Below, piece by piece: positions 28,715-38,754 of a stretch of DNA of 64,000 bases. Every line of letters starts with the position of its first letter. Within the stretch, counting starts at the first letter, position 1. The notes under the pieces were generated by a model. It was not told where the DNA came from and did not search any database. It was given only the letters and a program-made list of their open reading frames with translations. Source of the stretch: Clostridium polyendosporum (GTDB lineage: Bacteria; Bacillota; Clostridia; Clostridiales; Clostridiaceae). The stretch spans positions 31,443-95,442 of the forward strand of contig NZ_BOPZ01000012.1 in NCBI RefSeq assembly GCF_018332455.1, read 5' to 3'. The translations under genes and the position numbers were made by a program.

Positions 28715-29752
28715 CTATTTGAATGAAGGTTCTATATTTTTATCTATTATGTGCCAGATGGTGTTACCTTTTGCCAAGGAAAGCTTATTACCTTGTTCAT
28801 CAATAATTTCTGTAGGGGATTCTGCACTTTTTTTATTCCATTTTATTTTTTTTACTTTACCTTTTGAGAAGATATATCCATCTCCACTTCCTACAAGAGT
28901 AATATCTAAGTGCAGTTTATCTTCTTGGAGCTTCACAGGTGTTTTTTGTACAACTATATTTGTAAAAGCAAGTGGAGTGTTGTTATTAGCATCAAAAGAT
29001 TCTTTTCCATCCATATTTTTTATATATTTATTATTTTTATAAATATAAGAAGTAGTATAACTAATATTTAATTTTAAAGAAACTTCATTAGCAGTTTGGA
29101 GAGGTGGGTTGTCCCAGAATTTATCATCAAAACGTAAGAATGACGCTCCGTTTGATTGTAAATTCTTATCTAATATAAATTTTCTTATCTTATCAGAAGA
29201 TGTATAAAGGTTATGTGGAGCTTTTCTTTTGGTATCTCTCCAAAAGTAAGAACTATTTACTATTTCATTTATACTTTTTATAGAAGTATTGTCTTTTATG
29301 GAGTTTAATGCTTCATTGCTTCCACCACAGTGTGCAAAAGGCAGAGAATACTCTTGTGCTATGGAGATAAAATAGGGGCGTATACTTCTAATAGGACCGA
29401 TCTTTTGAGGACTATTTTTTTGAAAAAGGGCAAAAAATCTGGGGATTCCACCTTCTGCCATGGTTTCATAAACTAAGTCTGCTTCACTAAGTCCACTTTG
29501 AGGACGTGCTGAGGATGAATTTTCTATTATAGCCATAAAAGGCAGATTGGTCATCTCTTCTTTAGATAATTGTTCTCCTGTATAAAGTGACGAATTAACC
29601 TGAGATTGCTCATTTTGAATATTATTAGTGACATTAAGAGTGGGAAGTTCTTCTTTCTTAGTTGTAGTATCTTCTTTTGGTTTAATAGGTATGCCGCAAC
29701 TAATTAATGTTAAACAGCAAACAATAAAAAGGAATACTAATTTTTTTTTCAA
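28715..29752 (-). CDS. DUF3048-family lipoprotein (YerB-like)
   Basis: A lipobox LISCG and the conserved block …PFMAIIENSSSARPQSGLSEADLVYETMAEGGIPRFFALF…. Confidence 0.75.
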   Translation of the reverse strand: MKKKLVFLFIVCCLTLISCGIPIKPKEDTTTKKEELPTLNVTNNIQNEQSQVNSSLYTGEQLSKEEMTNLPFMAIIENSSSARPQSGLSEADLVYETMAEGGIPRFFALFQKNSPQKIGPIRSIRPYFISIAQEYSLPFAHCGGSNEALNSIKDNTSIKSINEIVNSSYFWRDTKRKAPHNLYTSSDKIRKFILDKNLQSNGASFLRFDDKFWDNPPLQTANEVSLKLNISYTTSYIYKNNKYIKNMDGKESFDANNNTPLAFTNIVVQKTPVKLQEDKLHLDITLVGSGDGYIFSKGKVKKIKWNKKSAESPTEIIDEQGNKLSLAKGNTIWHIIDKNIEPSFK

Positions 29753-30002
29753 AAAACTTACCTCCTATAAAATTTAATTTATATATCTTTATAATAATTT
29801 TACTAAATTTCTATACAGTAAATATATACAAAAATAATTATTAATATTATAAAAATTCTTTTAAGTAAATGACAATTAGATTTGTTCCCAATTGTTGTAA
29901 ATTTTCCCAATGTCAATATCAAAAATGATATAAAAAAGCTAAGAAAATGAAGTATGAAAGACTTAAAGTAAAATAGTATACAAAAAGAGTTCAAATTAAA
30001 AT

Positions 30003-30030
30003 TGCCTATAAAATATTAGTGAAGTATAAT
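30003..30030 (+). promoter_or_regulatory. Candidate sigma-A promoter for nrdD (TTGCCT-16-TATAAT)
   Basis: The hexamers were read directly from the sequence. The position relative to the candidate NrdR box is typical. Confidence 0.45.
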
Positions 30031-30036
30031 ATGTCA

Positions 30037-30052
30037 GTACAATATATAGTGC
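30037..30052 (+). promoter_or_regulatory. Candidate NrdR box (GTACAATATATAGTGC), with a degenerate second box around 30009-30024
   Basis: It matches the remembered 16-bp NrdR palindrome at about 13 of 16 positions. It overlaps the -10 and +1 region of the nrdD promoter. Confidence 0.4.
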
Positions 30053-30068
30053 AATGGGGGGAATAGAT

Positions 30069-32189
30069 ATGCTAGATGTTGTGAAACGCGATGGTAGAGA
30101 GGTTTCGTTTAATGCCGTTAAGATAAGTATGGCTATTAAGGGTGCCGCAGAGGAGATTGGTAAAAGTTTAAAAGAAAGTCAAGTTATTGACACTATGCAA
30201 AAGGTGATTAATTATATAGAAATGTCAGGCAAGGATAAAGTTACCGTAGAAGAAATACAAAATCTTGTTGAGAAGGCGCTTAATGATAATGGTTTTAAGG
30301 ATATAGCTAGTGCATATTCTCATTATAGACACGAAAGAACGAGAGTTAGAGAGATTAAATCTGACCTTATGAAAGCTATAGGGAAAATAGGTATTGAGAC
30401 AGATCGGGATAATGCTAATGTAGGAAATAACTTCTCCTCAAAACTACTTAGAATAGCTTCAGAGTCAAATAAGTGGCATAATCTAGCTTCTATGCCTAAG
30501 CATTTAGCAAAAGCTCATGAGAATGGTGATGTTTATTATCATGATTTAGATAGTTACAATTTGACAACAAATTGTTTGCATATACCAACAAAAGAGATAC
30601 TAGAGAATGGGTTTAATACAGGTTACGGAACTATAAATAATCCAAAGAGAATAGAAACAGCGGCAGAACTTTCATGTATACTACTTCAATCAACTCAAAA
30701 TGATATGTTCGGTGGACAATCACATCCAGACTTCGATAATGATATGTCTATATTTGTAGACCCAACAAGAGAAGAAATAAGAAAAGAGCTTGTTGAATAT
30801 GGAATTGATGGAGAAAAGTTAAATCAGCTTGTTGAAAAGAAGCTTAAGGAGAGAGTACATCAAGCTATGCAGGGTGTGGTATATAACCTAAATACTATGC
30901 ATTCACGTGCTGGATCTCAAGTTCCATTTTCTTCTGTTAATTTAGGCATACCATATAGCAAAGATGCAGCGCTTGTTTGTGAAGTATTCTTACTGGAATA
31001 CGAAAGGGGTCTTGGAAAGGGAGAACAACCAATATTCCCGAATATAATCTTCAGAGTTAAGCAAGGAGTAAATAGGGAGCCAGGAGATCCATATTTCTAT
31101 TTATTTGAGCTTGCATGTAGGGTTGCAGCTAAGAGAATGAATCCAACTTTCATGAATATAGATGCAGATTTTAATAAGGAATATTATGATATGGGATACA
31201 TGCCAGCTACAATGGGGTGTAGAACCTATTTGATGAATAATATAAATGGAGATCACGGATGCAAGGGTAGAGGGAATATTGCACCAACTACAATCAATCT
31301 ACCAAGGATAGGTATACTTGCAAAAGGTAATGTAGATAAATTCTTTGATATATTACAAAATAGATTAGAACTTGCAAAACAATCATTAATGCATAGATAC
31401 TCAGTTCTTAAGAACTTAAGAGTTAAGGATCTTCCATTTGTTGCAGGTCAGGGACTTATGAAAGGTTCAGAGGGATTACGTCCAGATGATTCTATAGAAC
31501 CAATCTTAATACAAGGAACTTGGGTTGTAGGATTTATAGGACTTGCCGAAACTCTTCTAGCTTTAACTGGAAAGCATCATGGAGAAGATGAAGCTTCAAG
31601 AGAGCTTGGAATTAGAATAGTTTCTTATATTAGAGATTATACTGATAGACTTAAGGAAGAAACGCACCTTAACTGGAGTTGCTATGCAACACCAGCAGAA
31701 GGGTTAAGTGGTAAGTTTATAAAACAAGATAAGAAGATATTTGGAATTATTAAGGGCGTCACAGATAAAGAATATTATACAAATAGCTATCATGTTCCAG
31801 TTGGTTATCATATATCAATTAAAGATAAAATTGATATTGAGGCACCATATCATAAGTTATGTAATGGTGGTCATATAAGCTACCTTGAAGTAGATGGAAC
31901 GCCAGATACTGAAGCAGTAATGAATATTCTTAATTATGCATATAAAAATACTAATATAAGTTACCTAGGAATTAACTTCCACATTAGATATTGTAAGAAT
32001 TGCGGAACTTATTTAAATAACGGTGAAAGCAAATGCACAAGTTGTGGAAGTCACGATATTCAAGGAGTTTCAAGAGTAACTGGATACTTAAGTTTAGATG
32101 AAAGATTCGGTCCAGGAAAGTATCAAGAAAGAAAAGATAGAACAACTCATACTGAGGAACATAAGCATAGTTATTACGTAGAAAAATAA
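30069..32189 (+). CDS. nrdD: Anaerobic ribonucleoside-triphosphate reductase (class III RNR)
   Basis: It has an ATP-cone N-terminus and a C-terminal zinc ribbon CKNCG…CTSCG. The glycyl-radical motif …RVTGYL… is present. Confidence 0.95.
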   Translation: MLDVVKRDGREVSFNAVKISMAIKGAAEEIGKSLKESQVIDTMQKVINYIEMSGKDKVTVEEIQNLVEKALNDNGFKDIASAYSHYRHERTRVREIKSDLMKAIGKIGIETDRDNANVGNNFSSKLLRIASESNKWHNLASMPKHLAKAHENGDVYYHDLDSYNLTTNCLHIPTKEILENGFNTGYGTINNPKRIETAAELSCILLQSTQNDMFGGQSHPDFDNDMSIFVDPTREEIRKELVEYGIDGEKLNQLVEKKLKERVHQAMQGVVYNLNTMHSRAGSQVPFSSVNLGIPYSKDAALVCEVFLLEYERGLGKGEQPIFPNIIFRVKQGVNREPGDPYFYLFELACRVAAKRMNPTFMNIDADFNKEYYDMGYMPATMGCRTYLMNNINGDHGCKGRGNIAPTTINLPRIGILAKGNVDKFFDILQNRLELAKQSLMHRYSVLKNLRVKDLPFVAGQGLMKGSEGLRPDDSIEPILIQGTWVVGFIGLAETLLALTGKHHGEDEASRELGIRIVSYIRDYTDRLKEETHLNWSCYATPAEGLSGKFIKQDKKIFGIIKGVTDKEYYTNSYHVPVGYHISIKDKIDIEAPYHKLCNGGHISYLEVDGTPDTEAVMNILNYAYKNTNISYLGINFHIRYCKNCGTYLNNGESKCTSCGSHDIQGVSRVTGYLSLDERFGPGKYQERKDRTTHTEEHKHSYYVEK

Positions 32190-32202
32190 TAACTTAGAAA
32201 AG

Positions 32203-32231
32203 ATTGCGGCTATTTGGTCGCAATTTTTTTG
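32203..32231 (+). terminator. Intrinsic terminator after nrdD
   Basis: A stem attgcg…cgcaat followed by T7. Confidence 0.7.
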
Positions 32232-32365
32232 TGCTTAATTTTTACAAAGTAAACTAAGCTTAGATGAATATAATATAGAATTAATTGTATAAATATTAGA
32301 GAAAAGAGCAAGAATCAAAATGGTTAATATATAATTATTTATTTCAAGTATAAGGAGATATAAAG

Positions 32366-32995
32366 ATGAACATCATTTCTAATATATTAGATAATTTATT
32401 AAGTTTCTTTTTTACTATTTCAGGTGACTGGGGAATAGCTATTACTTTCTTAACTGTATTTATAAGAGTTATTCTTTTACCATTATCAATAAAACAAAAA
32501 GTTAACATTGAAAAGAATCAAGACCTATATAAAAGTATGGAAGAAATAAGAAAAATATATAAAAATAATAAAGGGAAGTTAGAGACTGAAATGCAAAAAC
32601 TTTATAAACAAAACATTAAGGGGATGTTAGTGAACTCTGTAGGTTTGCTGCAGATACCTATAGTCCTTGCTTTATACAATGTTATTCTTAAGATGCCTGT
32701 ACAAGAAAGTACGTTAATTATTCCGTGGGTTACAAGTATAAAGATGATAGACAGCTATCTAATTGTTCCAGTAATATATACACTCATAATATTAAGTCCT
32801 TACTTATTATCGTACATACCATTCTTCAAGACTAGTTTTCAAGCCAAGGTTTCAAAAGCAAATCTTATATTTACTAGTATATTCAGCATATTAATAACTT
32901 TTAAAACCCCTATAGCAGTGGGAATATATTTTATAACAACAGGTTTTTTTTCTTTGGTTGAAGAAGTTGTATTTAGGTTATATTTAAAAAAATAA
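32366..32995 (+). CDS. YidC/Oxa1-family membrane protein insertase-like protein (short form)
   Basis: It reads …GDWGIAITFLTVFIRVILLPLSIKQ… and …EMQKLYKQNIKGMLVNSVGLLQIPIVLALYNVI…. These parallel the YidC conserved TM2/TM3 blocks (…IIVRLLLLPL…, …[28 protein letters not shown]…). Confidence 0.65.
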   Translation: MNIISNILDNLLSFFFTISGDWGIAITFLTVFIRVILLPLSIKQKVNIEKNQDLYKSMEEIRKIYKNNKGKLETEMQKLYKQNIKGMLVNSVGLLQIPIVLALYNVILKMPVQESTLIIPWVTSIKMIDSYLIVPVIYTLIILSPYLLSYIPFFKTSFQAKVSKANLIFTSIFSILITFKTPIAVGIYFITTGFFSLVEEVVFRLYLKK

Positions 32996-33170
32996 AAGTT
33001 TCAATTCTTAAATTAAAAAGGAGTAGTGTGAACTGCTCCTTCTTAGTTTCTATATCATTTATATTGAAACATTTAAAGTCAGGGTATACTGATTATAAAA
33101 AATAAGATAAGAAAGTATTTTTCTTTTTATGGTAAAATACAAATATACAATAAGAGAAAAAGGTGATTAC

Positions 33171-33686
33171 ATGAATAACGATAAGCTAATAAGATTATCA
33201 GGAATATTGCACGAAAGCCTTGTCAATGGACCAGGTATAAGAAGGGTCTTCTTTTCACAGGGATGTAAGCATAATTGCCCTCAGTGCTTTAATCCTGAAA
33301 CCCACAGTTTTGAGGGGGGAGAGTTAAGAAGCATGGATGTACTTATAGAAGATGTTAAGAAAAATTCAATGATAAGTGGAATAACCTTTAGTGGAGGAGA
33401 CCCCCTAGAGCAAGCAGAAGAATTTGCATATATGGCAAAAAAATTTAAAGACATAGGACTTAATATATGGTGTTATACAGGATATACCTTTGAATACATA
33501 ATAAATCACTTAAATGAGAAAAGAGAATGGAAGAACCTAATAGAAAATATTGATATTTTGGTTGATGGTCGCTTTGAAATGGATAAAAAGGATGAAACAT
33601 TAAAGTTTAGAGGATCTTCTAATCAACGAATTATAGATGTTAAAAAGAGTTTAGAAGTAGGAAAAGTAGTAACACTCTCTTATTAA
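33171..33686 (+). CDS. nrdG: Anaerobic ribonucleotide reductase activating protein (radical SAM)
   Basis: It has the Cys motif CKHNCPQC and the …GITFSGGDP… block. The start is at the ATG at 33171, preceded by aaaggtga. Confidence 0.9.
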   Translation: MNNDKLIRLSGILHESLVNGPGIRRVFFSQGCKHNCPQCFNPETHSFEGGELRSMDVLIEDVKKNSMISGITFSGGDPLEQAEEFAYMAKKFKDIGLNIWCYTGYTFEYIINHLNEKREWKNLIENIDILVDGRFEMDKKDETLKFRGSSNQRIIDVKKSLEVGKVVTLSY

Positions 33687-33689
33687 AGA

Positions 33690-33850
33690 TAAACAACTTC
33701 AATCTTTAAATAATTCCTGTTAAATAAAATTTAATAGGCATCGATCCTATTAAATTTGAACCAGATTTCACCTTGTGAAATGGCAGCATAATAGCCTCGA
33801 CATGCAATGCTTTTTCAGGAATTATAAGTTTAGTTATGAAGTTGTGTATC
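33690..33850. repeat. Dispersed repeat copy R11: a nested composite in which module C is interrupted by modules B+A
   Basis: The outer arms aaacaacttcaat…atgaagttgtgtatc and the inner arms aattcctg…caggaatt enclose aggcatcgatcct (B) and ccagatttcaccttgtgaaatggcagc (A). Confidence 0.75.
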
Positions 33851-33870
33851 TATAATTTAATATGTAAAAA

Positions 33871-33901
33871 AAGCCTGCCACAAAAGAGGCAGGCTTTTTT
33901 T
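33871..33901. terminator. Strong bidirectional intrinsic terminator (aaaaaagcctgcc…ggcaggcttttttt)
   Basis: A 9-bp GC-rich stem flanked by A7 and T7. It lies between nrdG (+) and the alpha/beta hydrolase gene (-). Confidence 0.85.
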
Positions 33902-33929
33902 ACTCCATTTAATTGATACTAATTGATAC

Positions 33930-34018
33930 TAATTCACAAAGTGAGATTAGACTAAAATCCAACTGTTTGGTAGCTGTTGAATTTTATTTCATAAAAAACC
34001 TAGCTAAAACTTAGAGGA
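33930..34018. repeat. Dispersed repeat copy R12 (two degenerate A modules), preceded by the short tandem repeat attgatacta ×2
   Basis: The pattern ttcacaaagtgagattagactaaaa…atttcataaaaaacctagctaaaacttagagg. Confidence 0.6.
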
Positions 34019-34020
34019 CA

Positions 34021-34938
34021 TTACCCTAAAAATTTAAATAATGCACTAAGGAACGAATCTCTTGCTTCGATAAAGGGAATATGGCCACAATTTTGAAAAA
34101 TTACTAGAGAACTATCTTTAATTTGATCATTAAGTTTATATCCATTATCTAAGGTTGCTATCTTATCATTAACACCCCACAGGATTAAGGTTTTAGATTT
34201 AACATTAATGGCATGTTCTTTTCCCATTTCACTACAGTAGATTTTGCTAATTGCTGAAAGAGTTTCTTTAGAAATTTTTCTATTATAATACAAGTTTTTT
34301 TCAAAGAAATCAAAATCTATATAGTCTTTATTAAAAAAGCATTGGCTATAAAATATAAGCTGTCCAAGATAGTTCACGGAAGCTTCCTTTAGGAGAAGTG
34401 GAGAAATATTTGCAAAAAAACTAGGAGGTATACCAAGATATTGTTTACAAGAAAATTCTACTATATCAACTAATACTAGTTTCTGTACTTTTTCGGGAAA
34501 AAGCGTACTAATGCTTAAAGCGACTTCTCCACCAGCTGAATGACCAAGTACGTAATACTTATCATACCCCAGACGTTTCATAAATTTATTACATAAATTT
34601 GCTATATTCTCATCTGAATAATCAAGATTCGGTGATTTATCAGAAAGCCCGAATCCTATCAAATCAATAGCAATAACTCTGTACTTTTCAGACAAAGAGG
34701 GAAGTATTTCACTAAAAATTTCAGAGGAAGTTTGATAGCCGTGAATTAGAAGTAAAGGAGGAAGAAGTTCATTTCCTGTAGCTCTGTAATGAATATTTGT
34801 ATTATTAATGGCAATTTGGTTTTCGGGTTCATCATTATATGAAAGTTCTACTCTCTTTGTAACAACGATATTAATTATTAAAATTAACACAACAAAAGTT
34901 GCAAGAATACCTAGTATAGTCTTAAGAAATTTTTTCAT
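34021..34938 (-). CDS. Alpha/beta-fold hydrolase with an N-terminal membrane anchor
   Basis: A nucleophile elbow GHSAGG and HGY… near the N-terminus. An N-terminal TM is present. Confidence 0.8.
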   Translation of the reverse strand: MKKFLKTILGILATFVVLILIINIVVTKRVELSYNDEPENQIAINNTNIHYRATGNELLPPLLLIHGYQTSSEIFSEILPSLSEKYRVIAIDLIGFGLSDKSPNLDYSDENIANLCNKFMKRLGYDKYYVLGHSAGGEVALSISTLFPEKVQKLVLVDIVEFSCKQYLGIPPSFFANISPLLLKEASVNYLGQLIFYSQCFFNKDYIDFDFFEKNLYYNRKISKETLSAISKIYCSEMGKEHAINVKSKTLILWGVNDKIATLDNGYKLNDQIKDSSLVIFQNCGHIPFIEARDSFLSALFKFLG

Positions 34939-35171
34939 AAATTTTACTCCTTATAACACGATACAATTAATTAATGCCCCAATGTCTTATGAATTATTTA
35001 ATTATAGTAAAAAATATATATTTTTTTATAAGCTAGTATAATAATAGTTTTATAATAATTAGAAGTTTTTACTTCATTATGGTATATTATTGTTAAATAA
35101 TAATAATTATAAATTATAATTATTACGTTTAACAGAAAAAATAAAGGTATATAAAATAGAGGAGTGAGTTT

Positions 35172-36647
35172 ATGAATATAGGATTTAAAAAATTTGCTTG
35201 TACTGGTGGAGATATAGCAATAACCTGTCTTTTTGAAGATAGGCTGCAAACACCAAATAATGAAGTGAATTCAATAGTTCAATATTTTAATAATAAGGGA
35301 TCATTCAAGGGGGCCAATGGAGAGATAGCAAGTTTTTTTAGGACAATAAATGGGATAACTCAAGATTTTATTGTTGTAGGATTAGGTAAAGAGGCCGAAG
35401 TTGACAGTGAAAAAATAAGAAGAGCATTAGGTAAAGCAGTAAAGAAAGCAATAGAACTAAAAAGTAAAAAAATTTTTGTAAGAATTATACCAACTGAAGT
35501 ACTTACATTAAAGGAAATAGTAAAGGCTATGGTAGAAGGTATGGGGCTTGCTGCGTACAAGTTTGATAAATATAAATCAGATAATAAGAGTGAGGCAGTA
35601 TTAGAGTTTTCACTAGGAAGTCCTGATATAGATGATTTAAGGGCTAAGGAAGTTGATGAAATAATAGAAGAAGCAAAGGATTTAGTTGAAGCAACTGAGC
35701 TAGCAAGAAATCTTGTAAATGAGCCAGCTAATGTTATTTATCCAGAAACCTTAGCTCAAGAGGCTGTTAAAGCTGGGAATGAAGGTGGATTTGAGGTTGA
35801 GGTTTTTGATAAGAGTAAGATAGAAGACCTTAAAATGAATGCATTTCTTTGTGTAGCGAGAGGATCAAATAATGAGCCAAGGTTTATAATAATGAGATAC
35901 TTTGGAGATCAATCAAATAAAGAGAAGGTTTTAGGCTTTGTTGGTAAAGGAGTAACTTATGATTCTGGTGGATATTCATTAAAACCCAATGAAAGTATGG
36001 TGACAATGAAATCAGATATGGGTGGAGCTGCTGCAGTTATAGGTGCCATGAGTGCTATTGCTAAAAGAAAACTTAAAATAAATATTATAGCAGTTGTTGC
36101 TGCTTGTGAAAATTTAATATCAGGAAATGCATATAAACCAGGAGATGTAATAAGCTCAATGGCAGGTAAAAGTATAGAAATATTAAATACTGATGCAGAG
36201 GGAAGACTTACTTTAATTGATGCTGTTCACTATATCATTGAAAAGGAAAAGGTATCAGAGGTTATAGATGTAGCGACATTAACTGGAGCTGCTCTTGTAG
36301 CTCTTGGTACAACAACTACTGCAGTAGTAACAAATAATCAAGAATTTTATAAGGAGCTTGAAGATGCATCTAAGATTTCAGGAGAAAAGATATGGCAACT
36401 ACCAACTTTCCCAGATTATAAAAAAATGTTAAAATCACATATTGCTGATCTTAAGAATGTAGGTGGAAGACATGCAGGAACAATAACAGCAGGTCTTTTT
36501 ATAGGAGAATTTGTCCAAAACAAACCATGGCTTCATCTTGATATAGCAGGCACTTCGTGGACAGATTCACCAACAGACTACTGCCCTAAGGGTGGAACCG
36601 GTGCTGGAGTTAGAACATTTTATGAATTAGCAAAGAATAGATGTTAA
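35172..36647 (+). CDS. pepA: Leucyl aminopeptidase (M17 family)
   Basis: The M17 signature NTDAEGRL and the metal-binding block [11 protein letters not shown]. Confidence 0.9.
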   Translation: MNIGFKKFACTGGDIAITCLFEDRLQTPNNEVNSIVQYFNNKGSFKGANGEIASFFRTINGITQDFIVVGLGKEAEVDSEKIRRALGKAVKKAIELKSKKIFVRIIPTEVLTLKEIVKAMVEGMGLAAYKFDKYKSDNKSEAVLEFSLGSPDIDDLRAKEVDEIIEEAKDLVEATELARNLVNEPANVIYPETLAQEAVKAGNEGGFEVEVFDKSKIEDLKMNAFLCVARGSNNEPRFIIMRYFGDQSNKEKVLGFVGKGVTYDSGGYSLKPNESMVTMKSDMGGAAAVIGAMSAIAKRKLKINIIAVVAACENLISGNAYKPGDVISSMAGKSIEILNTDAEGRLTLIDAVHYIIEKEKVSEVIDVATLTGAALVALGTTTTAVVTNNQEFYKELEDASKISGEKIWQLPTFPDYKKMLKSHIADLKNVGGRHAGTITAGLFIGEFVQNKPWLHLDIAGTSWTDSPTDYCPKGGTGAGVRTFYELAKNRC

Positions 36648-36715
36648 TAAAATTAGGACTGATATCTATATCTTCAGTTAAATTTTACTTTTTTAAATGG
36701 TAGCAAATAAAAGCA

Positions 36716-36745
36716 AAAGACAGCTTATACAAACAAGCTGTCTTT
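36716..36745. terminator. Bidirectional intrinsic terminator (aagacagctt…aagctgtctt)
   Basis: A 10-bp perfect stem with T and A runs on both sides, between convergent genes. Confidence 0.8.
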
Positions 36746-36776
36746 TATTGATTCTTAAGAAATAGGAGAATTTATA

Positions 36777-37916
36777 TTAATTTTTTTTCTCAGATTCTTT
36801 ACCGTTTCCTCTATTTTCTTGTGACTTTGAAGATGCACTATTACTTTTAACTTTTTCTTCTTCAATCTTAGAAGTTTCAACTTTAGTTTCTTGCTTTTCT
36901 TCTACCTTTTTAATAGATGCTTGACTATTATTATTTTGGTTTCTAAGTGATGAAGGTGATTCCTTCTTTTCTTCTTTTTGTGTAACTTCAGTAGTAAAAG
37001 AGTTCGTAGCAGTATTATTTACATCCGCATCATTATCTACAGATGTATTTGATGAAGAAACTTCGGTCTTATCTTCATCAGTCTTAGATTTATCATCTTT
37101 AGACTCATCAGTAGTTTTCATATGTCCTTTACCAATCTTATTTTTCATAATAACTTCTTTTTTATTTTCTTTAGCAATATTCCAAACGTTCTTTTTTTCA
37201 TCATACTGTTTTAGAGCATCTTGTAAGGTCCCTTGAGCTTTTTCAATTTCTTCTTTGTTTCCGCTTTTTTCAGCCTCTTTCAAAGCTTTCTTCGCTTCAA
37301 TTAATTCTTTCTTAGCTGTGTTAAGTGCATGTCTACTTTCCACCATTTCCTTTACAGCTTCTTTTTTTGCTTGTTGCATTTCAATAACTTGAGTTATTTT
37401 TTCAAAAGATTGTTCAGGAAGTTTATCCTTAACTTTATTTAAAACCTCTAATGAGTTTTTATTAAAGTCATCAACTTTAGTGGTTATCTTTTCGATTTCA
37501 GAATCAGTCTTTTCAGTTATAGCAGTATCCTCAGTAACTACTTTTTCAATATCAGTATCAATATCAGTTATGTTTTCATTTTCAGTAAGTTTATCTACTT
37601 CAGCAGATAGTTTATTCGAAGCATCTTCAAGAATTGTTATCGGCTTATCAGCAAGAACAACTTTGTTTTTTTCAACTAATTGTTCAATTTCTCCTAATCT
37701 TTCTTCTTGTATTTTAAGTAAATATTGAATTTTATTATCTCCTGAATTCATAAGTTTTAGTTTGAAATTTTCTGCAGTAATATCTAACTTATAGAATATA
37801 CCGTCTGGAGTTATACCAGCATTTGATTTATATGTTCCTTCCTCTGCTGCAAAAGCAGTTGTTGAAAAAGAAATAGATAATAGTATAGCTAAGTTTAAAA
37901 GCATTTTTTTCTTCAT
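36777..37916 (-). CDS. Secreted Lys/Glu-rich coiled-coil protein (signal peptide, low-complexity S/N/K/E C-terminus)
   Basis: An N-terminal signal peptide MKKKMLLNLAILLSISFSTTAFAA. The protein is highly charged and helical. It is divergent from sigI–rsgI. Confidence 0.55.
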   Translation of the reverse strand: MKKKMLLNLAILLSISFSTTAFAAEEGTYKSNAGITPDGIFYKLDITAENFKLKLMNSGDNKIQYLLKIQEERLGEIEQLVEKNKVVLADKPITILEDASNKLSAEVDKLTENENITDIDTDIEKVVTEDTAITEKTDSEIEKITTKVDDFNKNSLEVLNKVKDKLPEQSFEKITQVIEMQQAKKEAVKEMVESRHALNTAKKELIEAKKALKEAEKSGNKEEIEKAQGTLQDALKQYDEKKNVWNIAKENKKEVIMKNKIGKGHMKTTDESKDDKSKTDEDKTEVSSSNTSVDNDADVNNTATNSFTTEVTQKEEKKESPSSLRNQNNNSQASIKKVEEKQETKVETSKIEEEKVKSNSASSKSQENRGNGKESEKKN

Positions 37917-38030
37917 GTTTAATGTCCTCCTCCACGGTTCTTACCAATATGTTTTTCACTAATATTTACGGATTTACAGTATAATTTTAAGGGGGGGTAA
38001 AAAGATATTTTTTTACCTATGAAAATTCAT

Positions 38031-38038
38031 TGTATAAT
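38031..38038 (+). promoter_or_regulatory. Extended -10 element (TGtATAAT) upstream of sigI
   Basis: Read directly from the sequence. The -35 is weak. A G7/C7 run at 37991-37997 lies just upstream. Confidence 0.35.
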
Positions 38039-38079
38039 CGTATATATATAATGAAGCCTTGGAAAGAAAGGTGAGGGGA

Positions 38080-38754
38080 ATGAAGGAAAATTTAAAGATA
38101 AATGATAAAAACTTATTTATAGAAGATAATCTTGAGTTTATATATAAAACTACAAATACTATCTGTAAAAGAAAGTTGGATCATAGAAACGATGAAGAAA
38201 TAAGTGTTGCTCTTCAGGCATTCAATAAAGCTTGTGATACATTCAGTGAAAAAAAGGGGAATTTCTTTTCGTATTCTAGAGCAGTGATTAAAAATGCTCT
38301 TATTGATTTTTTTAGGAGTTCTAAAAAAGTTCCACTACTTTCTTTTGAAGAAGAAGAAAATTATGATTACATAGATAATACACTTTCAATTTCCCAATAT
38401 GAAAAAACTTTAGAAGGGCAAAATCGTGAGGAAGAAATAGGTCTTTTTAAGAAGGAACTTTCAGAGTATGGGATTGACTTTTTTCAGCTTGTGGAGGCAT
38501 CGCCTTCTCATAAAGATACAAGAGAGGAACTTCTTAATATAGCGATTTATTGCATAAGGGATCAGGAAGTATTAATTACATTAAAAAAAAATAAAAGGCT
38601 TCCAATAAGTAAAATAAGTAGCGGTACAAATAAGAGCAAAAAGCTTATTGAAAAGTGGAGAAAGTATCTAATTGCTCTTATTATAGTACTTTCAAATAAA
38701 GAGTATCTCTATTTAAAATCTTATTTAAGTATTAGGCAAAGAGGTGAGAAGTAA
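38080..38754 (+). CDS. sigI: RNA polymerase sigma factor SigI-like
   Basis: The region …DEEISVALQAFNKACDTFSEKKGNFFSYSRAVIKNALIDFFR… parallels B. subtilis SigI (…DDEFSIGLIAFNEAIDQYSPDKGSSLLSFAEVVIRRRVIDYIR…). The stop overlaps the rsgI start (TAATG). Confidence 0.7.
   Translation: MKENLKINDKNLFIEDNLEFIYKTTNTICKRKLDHRNDEEISVALQAFNKACDTFSEKKGNFFSYSRAVIKNALIDFFRSSKKVPLLSFEEEENYDYIDNTLSISQYEKTLEGQNREEEIGLFKKELSEYGIDFFQLVEASPSHKDTREELLNIAIYCIRDQEVLITLKKNKRLPISKISSGTNKSKKLIEKWRKYLIALIIVLSNKEYLYLKSYLSIRQRGEK

Noticed and set aside
28701-29042. 113-aa plus-strand ORF
   Set aside because: It is antisense within the DUF3048 lipoprotein gene.
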